Below are positions 1-16,760 of a stretch of DNA of 64,000 nucleotides, piece by piece. The DNA is from the human T2T-CHM13v2.0 reference genome, Homo sapiens. Both the position numbers and the translations under genes were made by a program. The DNA is taken from the NCBI RefSeq assembly GCF_009914755.1, contig NC_060937.1; one strand, 5' to 3'. Positions within the stretch are counted from its first letter, which is position 1, and every line of letters begins with the position of its first letter. The notes under the pieces were generated by a model. It was not told the DNA's origin. It was given only the letters and a program-made list of their open reading frames with translations, and ran no database searches.

Positions 1-1989
1 TGTTTAGAATAAAATAACTCTTAAGACTAAATACTCTTGTACAAAAAGAATAATAAACTTCAGAACCAAAGAAACCATTAGAAACTCCTCACGTATTAGA
101 TTAGGCGAGAAATGGTAAAGGCTTAAACTAAGACAGTAGTACATACTCAATAAATACTCAGAAGGTGCAATTCAAAGATTCAGTAGTCTATTGGAAGCAT
201 TGGCCAGGGATGTGAAGATGGAAGAGATATGGAATAAAGAAATAGACGAATAGGTTCCATTAACTCTGTGATTTTAGATAAGTTACTTAGCCTTTGTGAA
301 CTTCAGTTTCATCATCTATAAAATAGGATGGTTGTGAAGGCTAAAAGGATAACACATTTAAGTGCCTAGTAGATAGGAGGTAACTAATAAATGCTAATTT
401 CTTTTTTTAAATATATCTACCTCTGACCAACGTATCTAGATTATGCAGTTTATTGGATGATCATGCTACTCACTGAAATGAAGAATAGGGAAAGCACAAA
501 ACAATCTTTTAAATCTTTGGGTTTTTTTTTTAACTCCTGTGCTTCAGTAATAATACACATTAGACAGGTTCTATATAAGGAGCTGTTTGCATTTTTGTTT
601 ATCTCTCTCAAACCAACTGTCCCAAGCATCTTAAAATTATTATCTGATTCCCAGAACATTCCCCTTAAATTGGGCAGTGTGCAAGGTCACTTTTTGCACT
701 CTGGTTGGCTCCAGGCTATTCAATAAATTTGGAGTAAAGTGATAAAAATAATTTCAGTCTCCTAGCTCTCAAGCCAATGTTTTGTTATCAACTCTGAGAC
801 CTTTTAAGAATTCTGTGAGAATCTTCTCCAAATGGCTCTAATTTGACAGATTTACAGCCATGTAAATATATATGTGCATTCATGATGACAGTTTAAATGT
901 TGTAAGTAGAGTTTATGAAAGGAAAATTGAAAAAGGAATTTCAAATAGCCCCCTTTTCCCCATTAAGGCACTGACCGTTTTATAAAATCATGCTTGCATA
1001 GGCTAAGATTCACACTGCTATCAATACTAGGGAATGTAAGTTTTCGTGCAACTGCTGTTTCATATGGACTGTATATCTAACTTAACAAATCATAATGTAG
1101 GTTTTAAAGAATGAAACGAGCAATTTTAAAACCTATTCTAGTAACATTTTTAGAATAATCAGGATAATTTAACTCTTAATAAATAATGCAAGAGTTATGA
1201 TCTATGCATCAAATTTTAAAAGATGGTAATTATGTATGCAGATATTCCATTCTGATAGGATAAAAATCTATTGGTTTATAATATGTGAAAGCTCAGAATT
1301 TGGGATAATTCAGGCCTCCAGCCAGGGAGTGATGTGAGCAGTTAGTACAAGCATACCCTGGGCTCTTTCCTCTATGTCACACCCCACCCTCCCACACCAC
1401 CAAGAAATGGAATTTTCCACAGTGGTGTATTTGATTTGTTATATGTTTTGAATTATTTTCAAGAAGAACAGAAGCTATAAAAATTTCAAGTAGAATCATC
1501 TAGTTTTTTTCTCCTCATCCTTTTGCTGTGATACATATCCTGAGTCTTATTTCTTATCTTGTGAACTAGCCAAATATGTCAGCAAAATGTCACCTCCTAT
1601 AGAGAAAGTAACAAAGACATATTTTTTGGTACAATAAAAATGACAAAATACAAATGGAATTCTTATTATAATTCATTCTTACTCACATGGAGATATTTTT
1701 GTTCGGCAAAGTCCTGATAGCTAGAAGACACAGCTGTTCACTGGGTGATGCTTCAATCTATTTTAACATGTGATATTGTATTATTCAGAGATTTGACTCG
1801 AGAACAGCATAGGACTGCATTTCTAAGAGATGACACATGGACATGCACAGACACAGATAATAATTTTGCCTTGTAAAGCCTCATCTCATAAAAGGCCTGG
1901 CTCAGATGATAAGATTGCTCATGAAGTCCTGATGTAATTGACACAGGTGCCATCTAGGTGATCGCTGACTTCCCAGACTCATGGGCTTC

Positions 1990-2375
1990 ACCACCTTCAG
2001 GTGCCTTTCCCCACTCGGTGCAGTCCTTCCTCCTTCCCTGTTCCACCAATGCCTTCCTTGTCCTAATTAACTCCAAGACTCTTTCCGAACATGGCTTAGG
2101 TGTGAGCCCTTCTGGGAAGATGCCTTGGGATCCAAGCTGAGTTAAGTCTCCTTCAAAGTACTCCCTAGCATCCTCTGCCAACCTTGGTTCTAAGGTTCAT
2201 TCTCATCTTCGTTCTAGTCATTTGCCTGTGTCCCTCATTAGACCGTGAGGTCCTTGAGGATAAGTACCACCTAATTTGCCTTGTTATTAAGAACACCTAG
2301 AATATTGTCTGGCACCTAGGCAGGACTCAGTGAGCATGTGTTAAATGAATACATGGACAGATGAATGAATGATTG
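1990..2375 (-). mobile_element. Degenerate L2 LINE 3' fragment
   Basis: L2-like 3' sequence (gtctggcacctaggcaggactcagtgagcatgtgttaaatgaat...gaatgaatga); boundaries approximate. Confidence 0.5.
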
Positions 2376-4800
2376 CATCCTGATCTGTAAATGGCATACT
2401 GCCATGTGTATACACGAGTAACAGCTAACTCTCACCAACTTCTTTCCGTGTGCCAGGCACGGTGGTTGGCTTCTTAGTAATATTCACTCATCTAATCCTT
2501 CAAATAAACCTTTGAGATAGATATCTTTATTTTCTTTGTTCTGTGGATAAGAAAATGGAGGCAAAGAGAGTTAAAATGACCAAGACAGCACTATGCAGGC
2601 AGATTTCAACCTTTGATTTGTTGGGCCCTTTACAGTCAGGCTACACTTGAAGTTATGTGGCTGCTTATTATAAAAATGTGTTGAAATCACGAAGGCTGAA
2701 GGAATAGCTACAAATCTGTCTTTTACTATACTCTTAGTGCTAGTGGAGAAAAAAACTACATAATTCTTAATACAACTCTGTGAATATTTTGGTTCATTTT
2801 CTTCAATTATTTTTTTCACATTTAAAGTATATTCTTATTTCCTGTATATGTATATATAATATTTATATTAACGCTATATTATATTCATACTTGCATTACT
2901 GCATTGTCTCCATAACCATAATAGTTAATGGTGTGATAATATTCCATGTCAGTTGATATCTGTAGCCAAGTACCTGCTATTGGACATTTGTTTCTCTCTA
3001 ACAATGTTATGATGAAAATATTTGTGTGTATGGGGAATTTTTGTGACTTTTCCTTCACTTTTCATAAAGGAATTTCAGAATGAAAGCCACGCTAATTATT
3101 GAACCATAAAAGAATCCAGAGCCCAGACATTCAACACTATTTCTGTAATTTCTAGAGGTGCTGTATGAAGAAATAAAGATTGATTGTGATGAGTCCTTGA
3201 GTTGACCTTCATTAGCTGGGTAATCTGCCTTGGGGAAATGCCCCAGATCCAACAACCCAGAGTACAGTCTGAGGAAGAACCCATAGTTTATTTCACATTA
3301 TAATACAGAAAAAATCTGGAGAAAACTAGTGTCCATCATAGTCACAAATGAAAGTCAGATATCGTCAAAAAGGGACCATGATATCATGAAAGGTTTGTGT
3401 GGAAGAGAGCGAGGAGCCCCAGTGTGAAAACCTTGCCTACATTGTTTTGGTGGTTCTGGAGGACTTTACGCTGGAAATCTCAGGAATTAAAACGTCAGCT
3501 AGTGTCACTGATGTCTGCTTTCTGGCATAGGTGGCTCCAGAGCCATTTTACACTGAGGCTTTCTGAAACATTTCAGAGAGCAGACTGCTGCCTGGATGAG
3601 GGTAGAGATCATTTCTATTTTTGTTTTCATGTTCAACACTGTGTGTCAAGCACTTAGCACAGTACTTGGCACATGGTAGGTGCTGACTAAATATTTGTTA
3701 AATGAAGGCATAAGTATAGTAGAGAGCACACACTTTAGAATCAGAAATATTTGGGCTTGTATCTATCATTTGCATACTGTCTGGCCTTAGACAAGTGACT
3801 TAACCTCTCATAGCTTCAGTTTCTCATGTGAAATGAGGACAGAGTGATTTACCTTGCCTGGTGCTTTATACATAATTGCTCAGGTGTAAGGTGATCAGTA
3901 AGAAGTACTCACATGGGAGAAAATCCAGAGATCACCTATGGCCAAACAGTGCCTTGAGTAAGAGATATAAAATAGGTAAGAAGATGGGGGAGAGAAGTAC
4001 ACAGGAAGCATAACCTTACCCAAAAGCAAAAGAGCAGCAGGAAAAATAGGAATAAGGTGTGGCAGGAACTCATTAAAAATACAGTGGAAAGGGAAAGAAC
4101 CAGTATTTCTGATTGCTTTCTGGAATTCCTTACAGACCTGATGAGTTATTTCCCACTTGTTGACACCTTAGTTCCTTCTTTGGGTAGTCTCATTTTTTTC
4201 ATACTGGTTTCTTTTGTACCCCTAGGTAGATTATCATTATAGAACACATAAATAGACACAGATTTTGTGACATGGGGATTTTGAAGTATTGTCTTTTAGT
4301 AGATCCTGCCATTTTTTAAAACATGTGAAATTTATTTTGAAACTCTCACTTGGCTTCCAAAGGACTGCCTAGAAATCTTTTTAGAAGACTAACTTGGAAT
4401 AAAATAGAAATTACAGTTTGATAGGAATCCTAGAATCCTAATTTGTCCCTTGCCTTAGAGCTAGTGTACTCCAGTTAGGCTCTGTGTGTTCGTGTGTGTC
4501 TGTGCAGGTGCATGCACATGCGTGTATGTGACTCAGTAAAATGCTGTTACATACTGCATATGCTGGATGAGAACTCTTGAAAAGCCAAGACTAAAAAACA
4601 ACAATAACAACAACACTCCCAGCTCACTGTATGCTGATCTGCTGAAGACACCTCCTTACTCTATTGTCATTTCATATTCAAGGATTTCCCTCAATGCTGA
4701 GCTTCCTGTAGAGCATTTCTTTTTGATCTTCCACTCTTCCATTATTTGAACTGCACCTTCGATTTTATAAAGCCTGAATGTTGATTAGAAAAAACCTGTT

Positions 4801-5097
<297 letters not shown>

Positions 5098-5479
5098 TTA
5101 AAAACCTGTCAATTCCCTCATAGACCTCCAAGATCTTTATCACTGGGTCGGGGTACCAACTTCCTTGATTCTCCCAAGAATGGCTATGTCTTTCCCTTTA
5201 ATGTATAAAATAAATTTCTCTTATTTGTGATTTTTTTTTAGCTTCAGTTTTTTTCTTTAAATTAAAAAAAATTATAAAGCACTCCAAAAATAAAAAATAT
5301 TACAATAGATAGCTGTACACCAGCCCTCAAAATGAAAAATGCTAATATTTAAGAAAGTAAACCTCACCTCACATATACAGCTAAATTTCTATCCCCATCC
5401 TTTCCCCATTACTCCTCCCAAGAAATAACCATTGTCTCCTGACATTGGTATACTTTATTCCTATGAAGTGTATTTTATA

Positions 5480-7454
<1,975 letters not shown>

Positions 7455-7844
7455 ACCACATACATATTTATTGACAAAAATATATCTTGCCATGAGCCCA
7501 AGGCCTTATTTCCTGTCTCCAGTCAGCCTGGAACTGAAGCTCCCAGGTTCCCAAGACTAGCCACTGTTGCCAGCCTCTCCTTCCAGGGCCACCATGGTGT
7601 CACCTCATGTGCTCACTGGTATTCAATTATTGGGTCGTTTCTGGAACCCTGTAATTTCTCCTTTTCTAAAAACTTAGCTATGCATGTTAAAAATGGTGTC
7701 CCATATTTCAGCCCATGTATCTGGGTGATTTTAACAGGAAGATTTTCATGTTACGTATTCCACAACACTGCAGAAACCAGAGGTTCTAACTTCATTTTCA
7801 TAAACCAAACGTTTGCCTATAATAATCCTTTTATACTTTGGGGT

Positions 7845-8005
7845 TTTTTCAATTAATTTTTAAATTGACAAATAAAACTTCTTTCATATTTTTATGGAGT
7901 ATAACAGTACGTTTATATAAAAAAATATATATACACACACACACATACACATCGTGAAATGACTGAGTCAAGCTAATTAACATATCCACTACCTCATGTA
8001 TTTTA
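7845..8005 (-). mobile_element. L1MA-like 3' end fragment
   Basis: ttttaaattgacaaataaaa...aagctaattaacatatccactacctca resembles the reverse L1MA 3' UTR. Confidence 0.55.
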
Positions 8006-8199
8006 AAGTCTGGTTTTAACGTTTTGGTAAGACTGTGCCTTCTGTCAGTGTGCATCAGGGCCTCTATCTAGAATAATGAGTCCCCCCAGGCCTCAGTTTC
8101 CTCAGTTGTCTTCTAACTGTAAGATTCAATGATTGTGATGAACTGTAGTAACATGAGACAAGTGTTTAGTACTTGACAGAAGTTTTTACAATAGCATTA

Positions 8200-8718
<519 letters not shown>

Positions 8719-11700
8719 TCAAAAGTTTGCATTTTTTTTTTCTTAGTAGTGGGCATTTTGTGTTTCTTTCTTGACAATGCTTCTTTTGCCCTTATCCACT
8801 CCTTAATCAAGATTAGTTCTAAGTTTTTAATTATAAGTAATTTACTTTGTAGGTCAAGATAGTTGAATCCTGACTGATTACCGGAAGAGTGAAACTAGAA
8901 ATCCCATTTAAGTTTCACCCAAAACATTCTATTCTCACAGAGTCATTTTGTCTTTTGGAAACTCTGGGTTGGAACTCCATCCCCTGGACCATGTTCCACC
9001 TGTGTTTTCCAATGTCCCTCATGCTTTCCTGCAGTCCACATACTTGTTTTAAGGCCAGTAAACTTGAAGTATTCAGTGGCTTTTAGCCAAAACGAGGAAT
9101 ACAATTGAGTAATTTCAAATTCTTCCTGATTAAATATGTTGTTATGAGATTTGGGGAGATAACACATTCCTTGAGCTCCACCACCTGTAGCCGCACACAG
9201 ATACACAGTCACAAGGTTGTCCTAGCAGCTTCCCGCTGGGAGTTGCATGATGTGGGATTTACCCATACAGAGCTCCAGAATCACCAGCAGAGCCTCTGCT
9301 GGCTCCCAGTTCCTAGCCCAGAGGTTTGCACTTAGTTTCAAACCATGACTGAGACACCTATTTTATTCTAAAAGTAGTGCTGAACAGTTCTATTTCTCCC
9401 TTAGAAAATACTTTGAAATACATTTTATATTGCTTTGGGGATAAACGTAGGCTTAGGAAAACTGAGTGTGATGGAAAACAAAGGGTCTGTTAAAAGGACT
9501 GTTTGGTGAGATAATTCTGGCAGGTAATTCTGGAAAATTTAAGGAAACCTTGATGTATAAGTGTATCCTGAGATTCTTGGGAAAGGTGAGCCTCTAAGGT
9601 CCTCGTCAAGCAGGAGTTGTAATCGGGGTTCTCTTTTGGAGGATGGGTAAAGAATTGAAGGGGCATCCAAACCAAGCAACAGGAAATCTGGATTCTAATC
9701 ATGGTTCTGCCTCAAAATGTCATTATGACGTAGGGCAAATCGCAGACCCTGTGGTCCAGTTTTCCTCATCTGGAGGTTTGTGGAGGTGAGATGAGATGAC
9801 ACCGTAAGTCCTTGTCCATCTCTAAAGAGCATGTACTCATCAAATTCCTCTCCAAATACAACCAATTTTAAGTTTGTTTCCTTTAGTACTGGCCCAAATG
9901 TTATGGAAGCCTGGTACATATCGGTGCCTCCTTGTTTTTTATAGACAGACTGCTTTCACCTTATGGACTTAGGCTAGGGATTGGGTAACCTGCTCCTTAT
10001 TCCCTGAAAGCCATTCGATTTCCTCTAGATTCCTTTCTTCAGGTCTTTGCAGTAGTTCAATGCCGACATTAACTTTTTAACATCTCTGTTCTAGTTTAAC
10101 TATCAAGGCATCTATTGCTCTTGTTTCGTCCTTACCACCATGCACCATACCATTGACCTGCTTCTAGGTCCATTTATTTATTCATGTATTCATTCAACAA
10201 TCGTTAAGCACCTCCAATGTTCCAAGCCCTACATGAGGCGGGGCTCTTTTCCACTTTGGGGTTGCAAAGTGGACAAGAACACAGTTCCTAGGAATATATA
10301 CGTCTGAGCACTGCTCTGGTGGAGATCAGCAAGGTGACATGGAACTATACAGGAGGCAGTTATTTGCTCTATTATGTTTCTGAAACAGAAGATCTCAAAC
10401 CTTCAGACCTTTAAATCCACTGTTATCCAATAAACCACAAGCCCATTATAACTCTTGATTTATTTCTATATTATTGAATTGGATTCTGCCTCATATTCCA
10501 GTTAGTCACTGCAATATGGTTGCTTACTTTTCTGTTCTCCGTCTAGTTTCTTCAGAAATGGTATTTATATTTATTTCTCTTTGCTCAAATGGATATCATA
10601 AGGAAAATGTGAGGAAGTCAGCTATGTTTGGAAATCATTCCACACAAAAAATTGCTGTCTAAGACATTGTACTTAATAGTCAGTTTCTAACAAAAATTAC
10701 AGATAAAAATATAATATCTAGCCAATCATATTTTGAGTTAGTTTACTCATATATATATTTCTGTTCTTAAAAGCCTACACTAAGGACATTTAAATGCTTA
10801 ATTGATGAAGATAATTCTGAAGATGTGACATTTGTTTAGAGTGTAGCTAGACATGAAGAGGAAAAGCAGGAAAAGAAATTTAGATGGAGGTATGATGAAG
10901 GATGGCAATTAAATGCCATGTTTTTCTGAAAAGAGGACAGCTTTTTTATCTCAATAATTTAACTGTAAAACTAGGGGAGCACTTAAATTTGAACAAACCA
11001 ACATCTACTGGTGAAAGGAGTAATTGAAAGCTAACATTCCTATTGATAGTTAAACGCTGCATAGAATGAAGTAGATCCAAACAGCTTAGTCAAAGTAAAA
11101 GTAAGAAAGAATTTTAAGGTAGAGTACACAGTGCATGTAATGGAAATTTGAAGTATATAAACTGAAGGCAATAACAGAATCATGCATTAGAAGGAATAAT
11201 GCTGTGGAAGCCATGCATTTGAAGGAAACTGGGTGGTGGCCTCAGCTCTTCTTTCTTCCATCCCAAGAAAGCCCGCTGTGATGCCCCAATACTTCTGGTG
11301 AATTGTTAAATGCTTCTTTGACCACTTCTGGAAATTTTTGAAGACAAGGAGATCCCTTCTTTGCAAACAGTTTATTCTATAAGTGAGCAACTGTGATTGT
11401 TGGAATTTTTTTCTCATACCGCAATCAAATTAACCTACCCATACCATCTACCAAGTTATTTGCTCTGAAGGCACATGAAGTTGAGTATTCTTCATGATAA
11501 CAGCGCTTTGCATATTGGTTCTTCTAGATTTCTCAACGAGATATTTCTCAGTTTTAAAATCATTCTTTCTAGGAGCTTGTTTTTATACTTTTCAGTATCT
11601 TGGGCCTCAATTTTTCAAGGTCCCTCTTAAAATATGGCACTGATCACTCCAGATGTGGTTGGTCTGAGCACTGCCAAAATGACTGGTGAACTCTTTATTA

Positions 11701-12669
11701 TCTTCATCCAGCTCAAGGTTATATTTCCTTTGGAGGGTTAGTTCTTCCATATTAATGTTTATAAAGAGAGTTTAGTACTTTATTATCAACCTTTCTTAGC
11801 TTTGGATGTATCCGTTCTGTTTATTTCTTTCTATTTAATTCACAAATGCTAATTGAGCACCATGCTATTTTAGGCACAGTGCTGGGCCCTGGGGACAAAT
11901 GATGAATAAGACTCTGGCAGGAGAATTTTATGATGTTCTAGTGGGAGTGACAGACACATAAAAATAATTATAATGTGATGTGTGATATATATATAAACTT
12001 TAGTGCTATTAGAACATAGGATGTGGAGCAAACTGCCTGGGGAAACTGGTAATGGTTAATCATTCACTCAATCATTTGATAAATATTTGCCAAGAACTGT
12101 CTATGTGTAAGGTACATAATAGACACTCATTTATGTGATTATGAATCCCTCTAAGTAAGAAGTCTATATTTTTCTAGATTATGGGAGTTTAATAAAAGGT
12201 TTTTATAAAATTCCTTACTACATTTTCTTTTTGTCTTTTAATCTGGTAATTCTACCAGGATATGAAAGGAGGTTGATATAAAGAATAACTATTGGTTGCT
12301 AATGATTGTTGATTTCCTTTCAAAGTTCTTAAAAACTACTTGTTTTATAATTTGCCCTGGAATGTGAACAAAGAATAAAATTCATGTTATAGTTTTACAG
12401 TTTGTACGATATGCCTTTTACCTTTCTTTGGAATTTACCACTGCTTCCCTTTGTTATAATTCCTCCAAGACTAATAGCAGCATTTTCGTGATCACATTTG
12501 TAGTTTTTTTAGGGTGCTCATTTGTGATTTTGTGGGGGTCATGAGGACTTGAACTCAGAGTCCCAGGGTATTCCTTTACTGTCTCTTATTTATACTAGGC
12601 TTTTATTCCCTCTAACTCATGTTTGTTGTAATTTAAAAATAAGATTCAGTGATGGAGAAGAAAGACACA

Positions 12670-13370
12670 AAATATTGTGAGGAATTTAGTACTCCGACCT
12701 CAGTTCTGAATCCTTCCCTCCTCCATTCAGTAGATATTTATAAGTGCAAGCTTTGTTCCAGATGCTGGGCTTTGCACAGACCTTAATATTCCTTCGCTCT
12801 GCCCTCCTTGGATCCCCACTGCTACTGACCTGGTTCAGGCCCTCATCATTTCTCACCTGATCTTTTGCAACAGCCACTTAACTCATCTACCTGCCTCCAG
12901 CCTTGTCCCTCTTGCTCCATCATTTGCCAGGCAGAGTTCTCTGATGCGAAAATCTTACTCCCCTTCTTAAAACTTTCATCTGTCTACCACCTACAGGATA
13001 AAGCCCCAAATCCCCCACTGCTGGTCCAGAGCTGCTTAAGTTCCCTTCATCCTCCATGCTGTGTCTCCTGTCAGTGTCTGTAAAAGCTTCCATATATTGC
13101 ATACTTGTTACATGCCAAATACTGAGTGACAGATACAACACATGTTGCTCTATCTGCAATGCCTTCCTTGTCCCAGTCCCTTCACCTAGCTCCTAGTTAT
13201 TCTTCCAGACTAAGCTCATGTGTCACCCTTCCAGGAAGTGTTAATTAATACCAGCAACCGCCCACCCGCATCCCTTCCCTATATAGTTTGAGATGGGAAT
13301 CCCTTCCTGCTCCCATGACAGCTACCTCTGTCACTGTCTTTACCACATTATTTATGTGTCTTTCATCCCC
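12670..13370. mobile_element. Degenerate L2 fragments
   Basis: L2-like pyrimidine-rich phrases (ctggttcaggccctcatcatttctcacctga, ctaagctcatgtgtcaccct). Confidence 0.45.
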
Positions 13371-13371
13371 A

Positions 13372-13658
13372 GACTAGCATTGTCCATTAGGAACATAATG
13401 TGAACCACACATATAATTTTAAATTTTCTAATAGCCACAATAAAATGGGAAATATTAATTTTAATATATTTAACCCAATATGTCCAGTATGCTATTATTT
13501 TAACGTGTTGTCAATATAAAAATGATTAATGAGATGGTTTACATTCTTTGTTTATACTTAGTCTTTGAAATCTGATGTGTGTTTTACACAGTACATCTCA
13601 CATGCTCGATAGCCACGTAGGACGTAGTGGCTACCATACTGGATAGTACAGGTCTAGA
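13372..13658. mobile_element. hAT-Charlie MITE (MER3/MER33-like)
   Basis: Ends gcattgtccatta... and ...gtggctaccatactggatagtacag, bounded by ctag-type target sequences. Confidence 0.6.
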
Positions 13659-14180
13659 CTATGACTCATTGAGGACACAAACCACATCTTGTGTCCCTGG
13701 CACAAAGCCCAGTGCCTGGCATTTAGCAGATACTCCATTAATGTGGAAGTAGAAGAGTAGAATGGAGCAATCTGCATCCTGTATAAAAAGTAAGAACAGT
13801 CTTTATTAAGGTACTTTTCTCTTTTGCATTTCCTTATGATCAATCTCTCCCTATTCTGCAAGGGGCGCTTTTGTTTCTAGACAGTTAGGTATATTGCAAC
13901 AGAAATACAAAGTATAAAAAGGAATTCGTATTTAGTTTTCTGATATCCAAAGCTAGCCTTTGTTTTTAAGAAAGAAAAGAAGTTTTTCTGGATTTTTAAA
14001 GTTCCCATAGATATATCAAAAATTTAGACCTTATAGATTAGCAGGTATACTAACATTTATTTGTACTATTCAATATGTACAAGAAAGTCCTTTCACCTGT
14101 CCCCAGTGAAAATAAAATTTTGTGGTAGTATACATAACTATGTGTATAATATATAGTTATTATATATATAATATATATAG

Positions 14181-16760
14181 TGATATGGTTTGGCTCTGTG
14201 TCCCCACCCAAATCTCATCTTGAATTGTACTCCCATAATTCCCACGTGTTGTGGGAGGGACCCAATAGGAGATAATTTGAATCATGGGGGTGGTTTCCCC
14301 CATACTGTTCTCATTGTAGTGAATAAGTCTCACGAGATCTGTTGGTTTTATCAGGGGTTTCTGCTTTTGCATCTTTCTCATTCTCTCTTGCCACCACCAC
14401 GTAGGAAGTGCCTTTCGCTCCCACCATAATTCTGAGGCCTCCCCAGCCATGTGGAAATGTAAGTCCAATTACACCTCTTTTTCTTCCCAGTCTCGGGTAT
14501 GTCTTTATCAGCAGCATGAAAACGAACTAATACAGTAAATTGGTACCAATAAAGTAGGGCGTTGCTGAAAATATACCCAAAAATGTGCAAGCAATTTTGG
14601 AACTGGGTATCAGGCAGAGGTTGCAACAGTTTGGAGGGCTCAGAAGAAGACAGGAAAATGTGGGAAAGTTTGCAACCTCCTAAAAACTTGTTGAATGGCT
14701 TTGACAAAAATGCTGATAGTGATATGAACAATAAGGTCCAGGCTGAGTTGGTCTCAGATGGAAATGAGAAACTTGTTGCGAATTGGAGCAAAGGTGACTC
14801 CTGTTACATTTTAGCCAAAAGACTAGTGGCATTTTGCCCCTGCCCTAGAGATTTGTGGAACTTTGAACTTGAGAGAGATTATTTAGGGTACTGGCAGAAG
14901 AAATTTCTAGGCAGCAAAGCATTTAAGAGTTGACTTGGATGCTGTTAAAAGCATTCTATTTTAAAAGGGAAACAGAGCACAAAATTTCAGAAAATTTGCA
15001 GCCTGATGATGCAGTAGAAAAGAAAAACCCAGCCGGTGCGGTGGCTCACGCCTGTAATCCCAACACTTTCAGAGGCCGAGGTGGGTGGATCAGCTGAGGC
15101 CAGGAGTTCGAGACAAGCCTGGGCAATATGGCAAAACCCCATCTCTATGAAAAATACAAAAATTAGCCTGGCGTGCTGGCGGGTGCCTATAGTCCCAGCT
15201 ACTCGGGAGGCTGAGGCAGGAGAATCGCTTGAACCCAGGAGGTGGGAGGTTGCAGTGAGCCCAGAGTGTGCCACTGCAGTGCAGCCTGGGCAACAGAGCC
15301 AAACTCTGTCTCAAAAAAAGAAAAGAAAAGAAATACCTATTTTTTGGGGAGAAATTCAAGCTGGCTGCAGGAATTTGCATGAGTAACAAGGAGCCATGTT
15401 AATCCCCAAGCCAACGGGGAAAATGTCCGCAGGGCATGCCAGAGGTCTTCACAGCAGCCCCTCCAATCACAGACCTGGAAGCCTAGGAGGAAAAAATGGT
15501 TTTGTGGGCTGGGCCCAGGGTCCCCATGCTGTGTGCAGCCTAGGGACTTTGTGCCTTGTGTCCCAGCAGCTCCTGCCATTGCTAAAAGGTGCCAAGGTAC
15601 AGCTCGGCCCATGGTTTCAGAGGGTGCAAGCCCCAAACCTTGGCAGCTTCCATGTGGTGTTGAACCTCCGGGTGCACAGAAGTCAAGAATTGAGGTTTGG
15701 GAACCTCCACCTAGATTTCAGAAGATGTATGGAAACATCTGGATGCCCAGGCAAAAGTTTGCTGCTGGAGTGGGGCCCTCCTGGGGAACCTGTGCTAGGA
15801 CAGTGCAGAAGGGAAATGTGGGGTTGGAGCCCCCACACAGAGTCCCGACTGTGGCACTGCCTAGTGGAGCTATGAGAACAGGGCCAGACCCCAGCATGGT
15901 AGATCCACTGATAGCTTGCCCTGTGCACCTGGAAAAGCCACAGACACTCAGTGCCAGCCCATGAAAGCAGCCAAGAGGGAGGCTATACCCCGGAAAGCCA
16001 CAGGGGCAGAGCTGCCCAAGACTATGAGAACCTACCTCTTGCATCAGCATGACCTGGATGTGAGACATGGAGTCAAAGGAGATCATTTTGGAGCTTTAGA
16101 TTTTGACTGCCCCACTGGATTTCAGATTTGCATGGGCCCTGTAACCCCTTTGTTTTGGCCAATTTCTCCTGCTTGGAACAGCTGTATTTACCCAATGCCT
16201 GTACCCCCATTGTATCTAGAAAGTAAATAGTTTGCTTTTGATTTTACAGGCTCATAGGTGGAAGGGACTTGCCTTGTCTCAGATGAGACTTTGGACTGTG
16301 GACTTTTGGGTTAATGCTGAAATGAGTTAAGACTTTGGGGGACTGTTGGGAAGGCATGATTGGTTTTGAAATGTGAGGACATGAGATTTGGAGGGGCCAG
16401 GGGCAAAATGATATGGTTTGGCTCTGTGTCCCCACCCAAATCTCATCTTTAATTGTACTCCCATAATTCCCAAGTGTTGTGGGAGGGACCTGGTCGGAGA
16501 TAATTTGAATCATGGGGGCGGTTTCCCCCATACTGTTCTCATGGTAGTGAGTAAGTCTCACGAGATCTGATGGTTTTATCAGGGGTTCCACTTTTGCATC
16601 TTCCTCATTTTCTCTTGCTGCTGCCATGTAAGAAGGGCCTTTTGCCTCCTGCCATGGTTCTGAGGCCTCCCCAGCCACGTGGAAATGTAAGTCCAATTAA
16701 ACCTCTTTTTCTTCCCAGTCTCAGGTATGTCTTTATCAGCAGTGTGAAAATGGACTAATA
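14181..16760 (+). mobile_element. THE1 (THE1A-like) MaLR provirus: 5' LTR 14181-14534, internal region, 3' LTR 16409-16760
   Basis: Two ~350-bp direct repeats starting tgatatggtttggctctgtgtccccacccaaatctca; THE1 internal sequence starting gtaaattggtacca; polypurine tract gaggggccaggggcaaaa before the 3' LTR. Confidence 0.93.
15031..15330 (+). mobile_element. Alu inserted in THE1 internal region
   Basis: Full dimer; TSD agaaaagaaa(a/t)acc. Confidence 0.93.

Noticed and set aside
14562-16230. 100-160 aa ORFs in the THE1 interior
   Set aside because: Fragments of the decayed MaLR internal ORF, broken by stops, frameshifts and an Alu.
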